DNA of 64,000 bases from Fimbriosthenelais zetlandica (lineage: Eukaryota), in the NCBI GenBank assembly GCA_977030845.1, contig OZ365109.1:51832001-51896000 (forward strand), read 5' to 3'. The notes under the pieces were generated by a model. That model saw only the letters and a program-made list of their open reading frames with translations. It had not been told where the DNA came from and searched no databases. Shown piece by piece: positions 13,301 to 29,009 of this stretch. Position 1 is the first letter of the stretch. Each line of letters opens with the position of its first letter. The position numbers were made by a program, and so were the translations under genes.

Positions 13301-16300
13301 AAATTACAATACTTTACACATTGAAAAAATTGCCAAGTTCCCACTGTGTCTTATTCAGTTGTAGTCTGTGACATCGATGATTTTCCTGTGACCGATGTCA
13401 CTCCAAAAAGAAATTATTAGTTCTAAGCATAATGGTACAATACACTTTATAATTATCTTTTTAAATTTCCTTTGACTGGACTATCCCTTTCATCTATTAG
13501 CTTTGTCCTCTGAAGAGTTTGCATGGAAATGCTTTAAGAAAATAGCAGTCCCTTATTAAGCGAAGACTGCGAGCCCCACCGATTATAAAGCAAGCTAATG
13601 ACTGTTGTTCATTTCATGTAAAGACGTTCATTACTGGACTAACCAGATGGGTAAATGCCATGTTAATGTGTTTGGACGGGCTTTAGCACTTTGGTCACGG
13701 AGATAAGGTTGGAAATCATGATCCATCATTACCCTTATTGACCCTTTGCACACATTGTGTCACGCCAATGCTGCATTCAAATCACTGCCTTTTCAAACCC
13801 CAAATATTAAATCTAAAAATATATCAGTCTTCCGACGATTCATAAAAGTAAAAACCATTTAAAATATTCCCTTTTTCTGCAGATGAGCCAGAATCATCTG
13901 CTCGCAATATATTTTAAAACGTAAGCTATTTCAGGCGCTGATTTCTAAACACTAATGGAGAAATTGCATTATGAACGCAACACCTTTGTGTGGGGTATAG
14001 GCCTATAATCTTATCCCTGCAGCATGTTCTTTCCCACGGAGCACAGAGCTATTAAGAAGGGAGGAGCTCATCACTTTGAGTATTTGTATTCAGTCCGGGG
14101 ATGCTTTAAATAAAGTCAGCTACTTTTTTAAGACCCAATAATGGCAGCTTGTCAGGAATGCTGTACTTTATGACTTGGCCAGGATGGCATTCCCATTGTG
14201 TCGTTTCGGGGGACAGATTCTTCCTCTCGACAGGTGTGGTCTTAGAACGCCGTGTGTAGCTCCACCAGGGCGTGGTCCATGGCGCATATTATCCCCCAGA
14301 AAAAAGCCATGGACCCCGAGAAATATTCTCATCCTGAAAAAAAATCAGGTTTTTCTCATCAGCCCGTGACAGTTAAGAGTCTCCTGTTAGAATAGGATGG
14401 TCCTAGGGGAGGGGCCAGTGAAAGCATGGTTGCTTGGAGTGTTTCCGCAACAACGCTCACTTGTTGTTGCTGGCTGGCTCCCCAAGAGACTGCGGCTTAG
14501 TGTAGGAGTCCTTGTGCTTGTCCTGACAAGGGTTTATCTCTGTCATGGGTATAATATTGTCTGGCGACTCATAGATTTAATGATGCTATAGGACATACAA
14601 TGCCAGAGCTGGCAGCACTGATATTGAAAACAGGAACAAAGGTTCAAACAATGCAAGGCAGAGAAGGTTGCAGAAAATATATTGAAGTTGAATTTTGATA
14701 TAGCCTACGTATTTACCATGTTGCAATTATATTACATTGAATATGTGATGCCTGTGAAAAATTTGTCAATCACAATAATTTTTTATTGAGTGATTGCCAA
14801 AGAGCTGTCATAGTATGTGGACGTCCATTGTCATCCAACTTATGCCAAATGAACATAAAAATGTGTGCCAATTTTCTACGGTAACGTTCCAAGGCCATAC
14901 ATTTGAACAGTAATGAAATAAGCACAATAATTATGAAGGTGTCAGAAAGGAGTGGTATTCATAATTTAACATTTCAATTAAGTTATTCCCTTCTAGTTAA
15001 TGTGTATCTTTCTGGCAATCAACAGGAAACATTTCCCTCGCCAGTTCTCCGAGATGTTCTTTGGAAATCCATGTAGCATGTCGTAGCATGATGTGCCCTA
15101 GCCACGCGCATGTATGTGCATATGTCATATGACCTTCCGTGCCGTGGTGTAATTTGAACATTCATGACAATTCATAAACAATTAGTTAATTCCTATGGGC
15201 ATGGCTAGATACAGAAGGAGCATTGGTTTCGATGAATAAAAGGGTGCGTGAAAGCGTTACTGGAAAATATTGAAAACAATTTGGGGTTCACATGAAATTA
15301 ACCCAGAAAATAAGAATAGATATTTTGCATAATATACAAATAATTATATATCAGGGCATCCCAAAATTTTAATGAAATTTATCTATAACATACATGTGCC
15401 TCAAGTAACCAAGGTTTCGAGTTTAGCTGGCTCAAAGCGAGTGGTCCCCTGGTCGTTACCAGGTTATGCCTTATAGGCATAGGCCTCCATGGTCTGGACC
15501 ATTCTTATCTGACAACCATAGAGATACCATACTAATGAACAACTGACTGTTGGCAGATTAATGAATCTAATGTTTACTCAAGCAATATCCCTGCATGGGT
15601 GGTCTCCTCTACTTTTGGCGCACATTGAATATATGAAAAACGAAAACTGAAAAGCTCATGGCCTCAGTCATTTTGTGCTAAAAGAATATATTATGAGAAG
15701 CAAACAAAGTTGAAATGATTGAAGAAGAAATTATTTCTTCTGTTGCATAATATTTTAGAAAAATCACTTTAAAATATGTCAAAATGTAATTGATGCAGTA
15801 TCACGACTTGCAGGGAGTTTAATGAATGATGACAGAAAAAACATGACCACCTGCTCATATTATTCTACCTTTTTACTGAATTTCTTTTTGAGCTGCTTGC
15901 ATCAGATATTTTCAACTATTACACTATGTATATGCAGTAGACGAACAGCATCCCTTCGTAATGGAAGACCCAAAATTATGCACTTTGGGTTGTACTCAGA
16001 TAAATAAATTTGAACCCCTATCAAAATATATTAGAGAATATAATTATATTACACTGCAGTTATCAATTACTGGCTTTTTTTAAAGTGTTTCTTTAAAATG
16101 CGCGAGAAATTTTCCCATGGGAATCGTGCGCATCCTCTCAAAGAAACAATCAACTGCTCCGAATTAAAAGTACTTATAAGTACCTATTGTATCGGGTTCG
16201 GGGAGACGACCCTTATGTGCATTTTCTGCTGAGATGAAGCATTGAAATGATGGCAATAATCACAGTGAAAGCCCACTACTCATAACACTGACAACCCTCT

Positions 16301-19300
16301 CTAGATTACAGGGCAGCGATCCGGAATTAAATTCCATCATTCTATCCCCCTCTCACACTTCCCAGATGTCGCGATATCCATGCATGCGGGAAGGAAAAAA
16401 TATTTATGGCTAATTCCGCCGATGGAAATAACCCTAATTGAAACCTTTTTGGAACACTAATAACCAAGGAAATGGAGGGCCGTGTCAGTCAAGTCAGTGT
16501 GAAGACTGGAGACTACCAGCGGAGTGCGCGTCACTTGTCAGTGGTGTCTGATGACCATCTCAACCCTAGCCTACCATTGACAATAGTAGGAATTCCCATA
16601 CCTGTCATGTCCAACACGCCATGCCATCGAGAATGCTTCTATACCCTAATATTAGAAAATTACCAGTTGACCTTTCCCTTTTGCCCTCCCTTAAAATCCA
16701 AACTTTTGGCATTCGTATAGGGTGCCCACATGTCAGGGAAAACGGAGATTTCAAAAATCGCCACATGAATTTTTTAGGGGGGGGGGGGGGGGGTCAAAGA
16801 AAAGTCAGCCAATTTTATATCAAATAAACTGCAGGCTAATGCATCTGATAAGTTTAATTTTAAGAGCCTTAAATCATAATTTTAATTTGCGATATTATCC
16901 AGATGGTACTTTATTCACAAACAGAAGGTATTTCTTGTTAAACATTGTCATATTAGATTTATTGCTGTATTAAATAATATATTACATTTAAGGTCCATTA
17001 AGCTTTATTACATAATTCTCATCCCATTAATAATGGAAAGGAGCCAAATTTGGACCGTGCGTGCTAACTATACCCCGTATACCATTTCTGAAACGCAGTC
17101 TTTTGTTGCTATTTGGTAATTATGAGGCATGACTTTATAGCATGATATCTTTGTATTTTTTAAGCAAAGATAAAACATCGTTCAATTTAATGTTGGTCTG
17201 AGTTCAAGAGTTACATGCCCACCAGCTATATGCCTCAATGACCAAACCCAAACCTGAGGATGTCACTTGCGAGACACTTGTAAACGGTAAAATCATTTAT
17301 CTCTTGTCATTTTTAACGTGTGTTAACATCCACTCTGGCCTCCCAGCCTCAGAGATGTTTGATTATAAATGCTAATGGTTGGGATGGTACCTGCTCGCGA
17401 GGGAGACCCAAATAATTGAACTCTATCCGAACCCAATTTCTCCTCTCAGCATTGATTGTGTGGTTGTATTATAAGGCCTGAGCCCTCGCAGCATGAACTT
17501 CATCAGTTGTTCCTGGGAGATTGATGTCTTAATTATTCATCTTCCTCGAAATGGGTAGCGTCGAGATGACCGTTCTTTTATATTTCTCTCACATATATAT
17601 ATTTTCCTCTTGGCAAAATGCCGTTCTGGCACCATGTACAATATTCATTAATCTCAACTGACAGTCAATTGAAATGCACCGATTTATCAAATTCGCTACT
17701 AGAAATTAAAATTATATCTTTTTAAATGCGCCACTGGTTCACAATGTTTAGCTCCAATTTTCTTTAGTTCCACTTGAATACAGCTGTAAAGAGTGAGAAA
17801 GTTTAACACTTGTTTCTTTCCACGCCCAACTTGGTGTTTACCAACTATGGGAGGTGAACATTTTCACACCTTATCGCTCGCTGTTGACCTATGTGAACAT
17901 CATTCCGCCGCCTGGCTTTAATTTAGCGCCTGGTTTTGGTTAGGCTTGAAATACATCCACAGTTATCTGAAGCAAGCATACACCCTGATAGAGACTTGGT
18001 CGGCGTGGAGGGCGCTACCCGATCCTACAGCTTGCATATGGACGGATTCACACCTCACTATTATAATGCATTAAGGAATGAATCATCAATACCAGCGGTT
18101 TAGATTGATGCGCTTTTGGCGAGATTAAAAAGGACCTTTTGACATGTTTTATAATAAGAAGCAGGCCTTTCTTTGGCGGAGTTCTGGTCTATACGACTAA
18201 GGGCAATGCTCGGGGAACTTGGATTCATTTATCATAACTGAGCAGTCGGGTAGGGGGTTGAAAGTCATACAGTTTGCATGTTGTGATGAGATGAAATTTT
18301 ATGCACGGAGGTCACAGATGGGTCATGTGATGGGCACACATCTTTCTGGCTTGTTTAGTGGGGTTTAGCTTTGTCACGTCAACGCGAAAATGTCAGATTT
18401 TATTCTTTACACGGATTATTTTCTGATGTGATACATGAATATTATTTTAAAACCCTCCAAAATAGTCTTTGAAAGTTGGGTTTTTGTTACCTGGTTGTCT
18501 TTTGAAATGCGATGAAAGTTAATTGTATACAGCTCATAAGAGTGCCTTTCATAGATGACTTAATAATCCCTGTAGAATTACAATTGTATAGGGTAATTCT
18601 ATAATCAGTAGAGTATTTAATATGACTGAAAGAAAAGTCAAGTTATCACTACATGATTCAAAAACATGTCCCTATACTAAATCGATACTGATTGCATTAT
18701 ATTGTTCCCTTGTGGGGTAATTATACAGATGGGCAACTTAGTGCATTACAACATCAATGGTATGATATCAAAATATCATTGAAGTTGTATGAAACATGTA
18801 CTTAAGAACAATTGAGGAATTATTTCAGTATTGTTGCACCCTTTTTTGCAAAATCCCCTTTGCATGTGGTCATTGTTCCGTATGGCCAAGCACCAGGCAC
18901 CCCTGCCACAGTCATCACTGACATATATACTGTTGCCAAAAACATCATTTTACTTTTTGTTCCCGGTAAAAATGTGTTGTGCTACTTCTCAATGCAGTGA
19001 TGATTGTATATAATCTGCGAACAAAAGTGTTGGCACAGACCGGTCACAGCCGAGCAGTTCTAAATGCCGACACTGAATGAAAAGGATTTTTTCTTTTATT
19101 CTGTTCACACTGTGGCTTCATGACTCTGTGGACGTGAATGTGACAGAAAGTGTTAAAATTCTTGGGTCATTCCCGTCGTGAACTATTCTTCGAACTTAGT
19201 AATTCCATTGTTCAGCAATATTCAATATTCTGTATCCGAGAATGCTTGCTTTGATAATTTCAATTCTGCATACTTCTGAATATTATACTCGTACATATAA

Positions 19301-21371
19301 TTCTAATTAAAATACAAATTTAAAGTTTAATCATCTTAGAATGAAGTCAGGCTGAGATAAAGATTAATGATCAAACCGTTGATGCTAAGCACAAATTATA
19401 ATAATGATTTCCATAACCGTTTGAACCTTGCCCGTGAGAAGTGGCATGGGAGGCAAAAGTGAACTTGGAGGAAGACCTTAGGCCAGATGTAGTTGCATGT
19501 TCCCGAGCGGAGGTCCACTCAGTGGTCAGATAGGGCAAACATTAGACCTGCCAAGGACTTGACCGTCACACGACAATCCTTCACTATTTGAAATTTAATT
19601 ATGTTTTAATTTAAATAAAATTGCTGCAGTTGACCAGTGAGTCCCAGTAATATATCCCAATGAGCTTAATCATGCTTTAAATCATGCTTAAATATTTGAA
19701 TACAACTAAGCATCACCTTTAACGCAGTGGTGTACCAACTATAATCACTTTAGGCTCGGATTAAAAATAACTTAATTGAGGTGATACAAGTCTAAATACA
19801 AGGCCATGAAAGCAGTGTTATGGAAGGTCTGGTGGAGGGTCAATTGGCCAGCCTGGAATTTGTTCTGATGAGAGCTTTATTACCGTGGCCGACACTGACC
19901 ATCTATCACACTGGTCAATTGGTCAGTGATGTATGGAATCCATGGCGAGCTTATTAACATGTGTCCAGCGAGGTGCTGGACACTCTGACCCTCCTCCACC
20001 TCTTGACCTCCGTCTCCAAGGAAGGAGTGACCTGGAAGCAGATGTGGTCAGTGCTCACGGTTGTAAATCATGTGGACGTCATGTTGGTGTGAAGGGTTAC
20101 AACATATTGTGAAGGCTTTGTGTTTACCTCTGGTTATGTTGGCAACGTTATCAAAGGCTGAACATGAAATGCTCCCAATAATTCAACAGTTAGTGGTGTC
20201 AAGTATCCACAACTTTCATGTCGGCATGCACTCTGCCCCACGGAATGGCCCTATAATGTTCTTTCAAAACAAACTTTGAGAAAATAATGATGTTTTGGAT
20301 GCATACATGTATGCATTGGATTATGTTGCATAATGATTTGTAGCCCGGCCTATTATATTTCAAAGGGCTGGATAGACGACTAGGTGAATGGTTTTTTTTA
20401 AATAAAATATTTATTTACGGAGTCAAGGGCGACAATTTTGATGAAGAGAAAAAATACACAAAAATGAATCACGTCTCAGAAAACATGAGTTTTTATTCAA
20501 AAAACAAAGAGACAAAAACGAGCAGATTGGTTTTCCCCATGTACTTTGTCCACGCGAAGCTTGCCTTGAGTGTTGAAAATGAAATGATGTTTTAATAAAC
20601 AATGATTAATTCCTAAGCCCCCTGCTTGTTTACTGAGAGGCTGAGGGAAGTGAAGGGAGTAAGCGCCTTACTCATGATTGAGCCTTCCTCTCTATGTATT
20701 CGGGGCTCCAGATGAAGGATAGTGTTTGCCTAACCCTGACAGCACATGTTAAAATGCCATTTTTCCATCTGCTATTGTTACCAAACCAGCGAGTGAGAGA
20801 GGGTCGGGGTCAAACATGCACAACCCTCCAACCCAAGAATAATGTGGGTTATATTGCGGTCATTTGCCCACTCAGGGGTTAATTTCATCTCATTGTGATG
20901 TCTCAAACCATGTTATGAATAGTGGTCTTGCTCGTGCGTTGGTTGAGGGTTGGGATTTGAATGGAATGTATAACCCCCCGAGTGCCAGCTATTTGGGTTC
21001 TTTTATATAGGGTTATTACTACCCACACCCTAATATCCATCACCCTGGACATGCAATAACTACATCAAACCGCTCGTTATTGAACATCACTTGTTTTAAA
21101 ACAATACTCACAGACACAAAGACAGTCCTGGACCTGGTAGATTATTGCCCATTTTTTATGTGCTTCTGCAGCCCCACCGTTTATTCCACCCTTACAGTTC
21201 CTTTGAGAAGATGTTCCCCAAATGGTTTGTAATAAACATATAGATGTCCTTTGGTTTGACACTGGGTGTCAATCGGGTGGCGGGTATGGTGAATCAATGA
21301 TTGTCCCCCTCAAACCATTCGGAATGGGTCTGAGGAAGAGGCATTAAATCTTTTAATTTCCAACAAACATA

Positions 21372-21446
21372 ATGAATGCATCTCAGCAGGGGTTGATGGG
21401 CGGGAAGCAGTGGGCCGTTCGTAAACTACAAGACCACATTGTCCAG
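21372..21446 (+). CDS. Candidate first coding exon MNASQQGLMGGKQWAVRKLQDHIVQ (phase 0)
   Basis: First ATG after an in-frame TAA at 21354; consensus donor CAG|GTGAGT; phase fits 35225, 38922 or 50678. Confidence 0.25.
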
Positions 21447-24400
21447 GTGAGTTTAGTGGTGTAGGGGGTCCACAGGAGCAGGAGTAGCTTCCACACGACC
21501 ACCTGTGTACATAGTAACCGAATGGTAGGCGGACCCAACCCTCCTCCCCACATGGAAATAGTCCAGAACATGCCATGTCCGCGGCGGACGCAGGCCAGGA
21601 TTCAGACGGGGAAAAGAAAATTAATGTGGACACTAATGTTGTGCATGAACCGCCAACAGATGACTACGTTTGTATTCGGCCGTTCACATAACAAAAGTAA
21701 TTACCCTGCCGTCCCTCACAATCCAAGCTGACCGCAGATTCCATTGTTAGTAGTATAGGCAAATTGGCCTTCTTGTCTCCCAAACTTTCAGTTTCAAATT
21801 AAGGCATGATTATGTGAAAAGAAATACTGCATGACCCATAATTGCCCCTGAATGCTCGTTATGAAATGCGAATGGAATTACCATGGTCTGGCTTGATAAT
21901 AAAATGATTTATAAAAAAAAAAGTAGCAAAGGAAATTGAGCAGAAATGTACGCGCATGAGCGTGAAATATCAGGCTATGACATCTTTCCGTGTCACTGGT
22001 AATAGCATCATAAATGATAACATATATTATGTCTTCATTTATCTCATAGAAATCTGCTGATTAGCTGCCCGGTTTTTCCTCCAACCAAGTGTGAAAGTGT
22101 GCTGGGGTCTTCATGACAGATTTATTCGCTCGAGTGAACAAAATGGGTTTAAACCGGAGAAGGTGTCGCTGGGCTGTCACAATTTTACTACCGCGATAAG
22201 TTCACAGTTTGTAGTGTTGTCTGTATACCCCGCAGGTCGTTGGTCTTATTCAAGCCTGACAGATGTTGGACTGACAGCTCTAGAGGTGCTTATGTGGAGG
22301 TTGGGGTGCGGGGGGTTGGGGGTAGGGGGAGAGACAGGGCTGCTGGTACTTACCGAAATGTGCATCATAGCCTGTGATAATTACAGACCATCCTGACAGA
22401 AAACTGCCACAATAAAGCCAGATTAAACGCCTGGTGTATACACCAGCTTATATATCACGCGCCCTTCATTGATTGCTTTATAATACACGCATGATTTCCT
22501 ATTCAGATAACGGAACAGTGCTTCATAAATCTTTAAAATACAGTCACAAAATCAGACGTAGGCCTACATGTACAGGAGTACAAATCTAGGCTATATTATT
22601 GTTATTTTAAACATAAAATAAAATATCTAGCTCACATAAATATGTCCTTCTATTATGTACATTTTATACTTTTTTTTAAAGTAACAGAAGAACTCATAAG
22701 TCTTATTTTGAGGGCCAATCTGCACAAATTAGCAGATGCAGTAATATCCCGGGGGCGTTTGACACCATCCACCAACTACTAAATATCCTTAGATTTTAAT
22801 CAAGCCGTATATACCACACATCTCAGGGGAAGTGCTCAATACTTTTTTGACCTCTTGACATCTGAGTATCACCCACATCTCACACCTTCCTCTCCTCCAA
22901 AAACTAACGTGTTTCTCTTCCTTGGGGATAAAGGCAATTTCACACACCTCTGGATGTCTATAACTCCCTCTTCCCCCTTCCCGGCCCCTTGACATTACCG
23001 GTTTTGTGTTACCTCACTGGGCGGGTTAGAGTGACAGGGTAACAAAGCTGGGCCTGCCTAGACGGGAAGGAGTGAGGCGTAGTGACAATATGACGGGAAT
23101 TAAGTACCATTTCATCTAGCGGAACTGACTCTCACTGGAGGCTAGTGGTAGGGGAAAATGTCATTATGCTCGGGCAGTGATTGCAGTATCGCTCACAATC
23201 CAATCCTCAGGCCAGTATTATGAAACATTCAGTGACACTGAAGAACTTACCCTGGTCAGTATCTAATTGTGTCACCAAAAATGCACCAGTGAAGGAAGGC
23301 CTTTAGGCTTTTCCAATTCATAACTTTTAGCCGCGTTAGATTCTACTGGGCTTTTCCATGCAGCATAATGAAATAAGCTGTCACCCTTGGAAGACCCACT
23401 AACAGTAGACACATTGAAATTTCTCCCTTGAAATTTAGTGTTAATTGGATGATGAAAAGAGTCTGCATATTTGAAATTCTTTTCATAATCACCATCAGTT
23501 TAATTTGAAAATTGTTAAAACTGCTTCCAATGCATCTCAATCTGAGCTTGATAATCAGGTAACCAGAGCCTCACCACATTATGCTCTACTTCCCCTGCTC
23601 TCCCGCCAACAAAAGCGACTTTTTAAGTCCACTAGATAAGATCCCTAACCAGTACTCAAAGGCCGGGATGAGACCTGGGGGAGGTGTGTTGACATTAATG
23701 ACAAAATTAATGGCGATATCTCCCAAATTTCCCGCGAAACTCTACAGACCGAAACTTGAAACTCGAGTCCAAACCATCCGATGACAATGCCACGTCCGTT
23801 TTAACTCGCTGCATTGTCCCTTCCTTATTCTTGCCCTTTTATCCGTCCTTGACAAGGAAGCATAGATCGATCGGACGGCCTGGTTACCTAATACCCCCTT
23901 GGCTCCGGGAGTCAATTAATAGACGTTCTCCCGTCAAATGCGCGTAATTTACGCGTTGATGTAGGCGTACTTACGCATGGTGCTTTATGACGCTGTGACG
24001 TCAATGGAGAGCTTTGTCAAGGCAACCCATGTCACTGGCGCATCCCTCAAAACCCGAATCTATAAAATACCCATTGGCTTTTGATTTATGGGCGTTGTAT
24101 TTGTTCATGGAACCCATTTTGTCAGTCCCTAGTGCCCAATACCCGGGTGATTTAGTCAGGGGTTGGGAATGTTTTAATTGAAGTGAAAATGTCCGTCGGG
24201 GAGATGCAGTGATACCAATGATGAGGCAGGATACCTCCTCAATAAGAATGGCCAAACATGTTTTTTGTTAGAAAACCCTAAAGGCAGATGGTAGGACCGG
24301 GAACGGTGGCCCTTGGTTAGGGCTTAATTGGCTGGGTTAGGTCATAGTCAGGGTTGCCTAGAATTAACCATTCAACCATTGCATTGCCCGACCCACCAGT

Positions 24401-27400
24401 GCCATGACAAACATGTTATTTTGCTGTTCAGCCAAGTATAATAGATTCTAATGGCATTCTTCACGCTTGTTTATTTTCAAACTAAAAAAATCAATTTAAC
24501 TTAGAAAAACGTTTAGGATTGGAGCACTTTAGCAAAACGTTTGGGATATGTATTGTGAATTAAGTAAGGCTCACTACACTTAACATTGATGCATGTGTCG
24601 TCCTTAATTCTGTTCTATCATACATCGCCAAGGAAATCCCCTTTCATTAGTGGTGACAAACACTCAAGTCTAGGCATATTAAACAGTATTTTAGGAATAG
24701 AGGCCCACTGAATACTCGGGTAGGCCTATATGATAATTAACCCCAATTTTACCAATGTGTGGGTTACTATAATTAATGCTGTTGTAATTACCCCAATAGA
24801 GCACCGACACAGAATGGACCCCTTAATGTTGCTGAACAATGGGCAACTGTTGCATCCATAATAACTCACTGATTATATATACGTGTCCTCTCCATTAGAT
24901 TACTTAACACGTACTGGTGATTCCATATCTAACATAGGTCACGGTTATATGGTCAAATCTCGTGGGTTGTCAACATAATATGATGGGAAATATGATAACT
25001 TTATCAGGCTTTCTTTATGGTGAATCTTAATGGCCTTGTGTCGATATAACCTAGGATTGAGGGTGTTTGTACCCTTTGATACAAAAATAATTCTCCACTA
25101 CATGTACTTACTTAAATAATGACAAGATATAAACTTTCACCCAGGCAACTGCATAATTGGTATACATTTATCTGGATTTCTCTCAAAAGATGTATCTTAT
25201 AGGGCCTTGCAATTGTGAATATTTCATCTCAGTATATTGTAATCTTAGAGTTGGTTATATCGAATGAGTCCATACCCGGTACCAAAAAATTGCTCACAAG
25301 TTTCAATATTGACCAGAAATGACAAAAACGCACTTTCCCCAGGTAATATTTTCCATGTGGTCACACATTACAATAATCAAATATATACCGGTAAATGTTG
25401 AGTGGGAAACGCTTGGTCGGTGCGTCTTCCGGGAAGGGGAGACTTCACCTGGTATACTGACAATGTATATTAGCGCCCATCAAAGTGACAGCTCCGGGAA
25501 ATAAGGGACAAAAGGTGGAGGAGAAGATTAGGAATAATTGCCTTTGACTTCATTGTGCTGGGCAGTGTTGATGAACTTCATCCCGCGTCCGCATAGCGTC
25601 TCACGCTTCTTTATGAGACTCCTGAGTGTCCCTCCTCATGAGACTGACCATGCGATATCAATCAGCACTAGACATGCATACATAATGAGTTGACATACAT
25701 TTACATATTTGATTAGTATGAATGTAAATTGAGTGAATATTCAATATTGTTCTTCTGAATTTTCTATATATATTGTATGAGAGAGTAAGTTACTCTGTCT
25801 GCATTTTTACTCTGCATTTTTAGTATGTCTACTCTAGGTTTAATGTTGGTTTAATTATTATGCGCAAAACATCACTTTAGCCAAGGGCAATATAGTCATT
25901 TCATTCTATAAGATACTTATATAGTATAATTATAATTAAGCTCATTTTGTCTGAATTCTTCATAATATATACATTTTTCATTATTTCTTTTTCCAGCATG
26001 TTATAGGTTTAATATTTGGTGTTTAGAATCTCAATTTAACCAGTAGATTCACTGAGGAACATAATTAGTTAATAATTTAATTTAATGAGTCCCAAAATTT
26101 GTATGCTAGGCGGGAGTTTAATGGAAAGTGTTATTTTAATGTCGCTGCTCTCCTTTGTCCTTATCGGAAGGAGTATGTGGTGAGTATGACATAAGAAAGG
26201 CAGGTGAAGGACTGCAGATATAGTAATTGATAGAATAATGATTGTATTATATAATCCTTATAGTAGACACCCAAGATTGGAACGCTATATGTAGGTTCAA
26301 TAATAGAAGATGTCCAGATAAGTTGATTTTGGTGATAATTTACTTATAGTGTCGTCAACATTTCCAAACAATACAATGTCATATTTAGTAACAATTTTAA
26401 ATATCTCAAAAGAAATAACACGTGAGAATAATACGAAATTTTATTGAATTTAGGTGCAATATTCAATATATCACCATGAAAAGAAGTTAATCCGAGTCAA
26501 TTCTCTTACTTGAGACCGTTTCTTGGAGCAGATGTGTGACATATGGAGCGAAGTCCGAGTGGCATTATTTTCATGTCAAAATGTGACTTACATATCCCCA
26601 ACCCTCCCACATCAACCCTCCAACTTCCTGACTTGCGCCCCGTTTTTTGGCCCCGCTTACACAAAACTTGTCAATCAGCCGTTGACGGGCGCGTGAGATG
26701 TTCGTACTGAGAGGGAGGAAATGCCATTCACAGGCCATAGGGGTCTTCATGGTGGATTGATACTCCTGTCCCTCACTCCATGAGACATGTTTGTTTTAGC
26801 TGGAGTAATTCTATGATTAAGAGAGAAAGCCTTGGTTGTTATCCCCCTGCTGAGGTGCGGTGCACATATGGGACCTTGGGAGAAACATGGTGCAGGTATA
26901 TGATTAGTCATGGATGATGGACGCAGGTAATCTTCCACACTTCCATCTTCACTCTCCCTGTCCATGTGGCCGTAGCTCCCATTTGAATGAGTGATGCTAC
27001 TTACTAAAAATCAAATATTGTACCAACAAAAATATAGAATATTGCTTACTCTGGCTAGAATTGCGAAAAGATTTTCTTGGTATACAAGAAACCGCGTCTT
27101 ATACATTGTAACATACAAAGTTTTTTCCAAATATTTCAGTTACAATATCAGGCGCGGGCCTGTGAAGAATTACGGCCTTTAAAACACTAAAACTGCCCAT
27201 AGACCACTGATTGATGTATAGCCAGACAAGCCGACTTCTCTTTTTTTGACGAGGCTTTTAATTTTCTGATGTAAATTTCATGTATTAAGGCCGGGTGACT
27301 AACAGATTGATTTTGGTCAGTCACGAGAATGGTGAAAGCATGCGGGCGGTGATGAGCGGTTAGAAGGGTCATTGCGATTCTTAACGGTGCTCACGATTAC

Positions 27401-29009
27401 GATCATTTTCAGTAATGCACCCCTTCCTCCTGCCACTCCCCACGGACAAGGGACGCGCCCATTGATACAGCACCAAATGATAAATGAACTGCCCACTGCT
27501 TCCTAGACGTCTATTGTCTGGGAGTTCTGGCACCGCAGACCAAATCCTGAGAACGTTGCGCTGTTTGAAAATGTAATGTCCAGCCCTAATGAAGCGGACT
27601 CACGGTTTTAAATCACTCAGATTGATTCAAATTTCAATCGCTTTCAATTTGATGAAATGAGCAAATATTGACAACGGGTGACCAATATAAGATTTCAAGT
27701 TATCTCCGGGGAAAATCTCCAGGCTTTCTGTATCCTATGTCAGTGTGGGGAGCCATGGGAAAGGTGGTAGCTGGTGTATGGGAGCTTTCTCCCCACTCCT
27801 CTCACTCTCACAATGAGAGCTACCATATGCCATACCCACTAGGCTTATCCTTTTATAAAATGTCAAGGAGGTAATCCCCACAAAACCCTCCACTCTGTCA
27901 AAAAATCGTTCAAAACTAGAAAGGAAAATGACACCTTTATAGGAGGACTATAATATGCATCAGAATCTGCCTTCAAGGCATTAATTGGACCCCTTTCCCG
28001 GGACCCAATTTCCCATCTAACGATGGGTTCATATTCCAGCCGTGAAATCCTTTATGGTTTACTTTGATTTATTTCATTACTTGAGAACATAATTAATTGC
28101 ACTTTTTTATATTGCTGCAAACTTCAATGTTATTAAAATATATAGCTCAGCCTATTTTATAATGCCGCGTATAATATATGTTGTTAGCAGGTATTGTATT
28201 CGTACTATTTTCAGTCGGTGCTGTTTTTGTATGCGCCACTATATTGCCCTTTACGCAACTAGATTTTTTTATTGCCTTTGGAAGAAACCAAAGTTATTGC
28301 TCATGCCATAAAGGGCTCAAGTGTTAGGTCACTGTCCTAGATATTTTATGCATAAATCGACCCCAAGATACCATATATGGTATGTTTACCTCGGTTGCAA
28401 TGTAGGTTGTTATCATGCCCATAATATTGAACTTATATCTCCGATTTCATATGAGATTTTAGTGACCCTCGCGAACCTTCTCGAACCGCAGTGCAACATG
28501 TAAGCAACGACCTGTAAGAGTCATGTAAGTGACACGACCTATAGCATGTTACCTAAACCCGCCCACCGACCACACTCTTATATGGATATTGTATTTCTAG
28601 GTACATGTCACTCTCATTAACCCGAACGTCTCGACAACAGAACAATCAGGAAAAAACATCTGAAAAATTTCTAACCATTTTCAGGCTTTTGAGGCCTTTG
28701 TGATTTTCTAGAAATATAACTGACGGTGCCTCAAGGGTATCAAATTTCCTTCTACTATTTGATCTTTCCTAAATGAGAAAAAAAATCCACCAAGTTAAAT
28801 TATGGCAAAGATTTTACAATCGATTTCATAGGTTAACATCAGATAGTGTCACCTATTACCCAATTTGACCTTGAAGATTTACTCTTACAAAAGCCATTCT
28901 TGCATATCATTTACATAATATCATTTTGCCATTATCGTCTCCATCTCTGAGCCTTATGGGATTTTGATTGCGTAGTTTGGAGATGTCAGGAGCGAAACTT
29001 TTATATTTG

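Noticed and set aside
15349-15370. Tc1-like terminus TATCAGGGCATCCCAAAA
   Set aside because: No partner inverted repeat found.
18566-18594. CCCTGTAGAA resembling miR-10
   Set aside because: Seed and 3' half mismatch and the stem is too short for a pre-miRNA. Partial matches to miR-375 (~2073) and miR-217 (~59820) fail likewise.
19893-19983. Two adjacent 9-bp-stem hairpins
   Set aside because: Several such stems are expected by chance; too short for a miRNA precursor.
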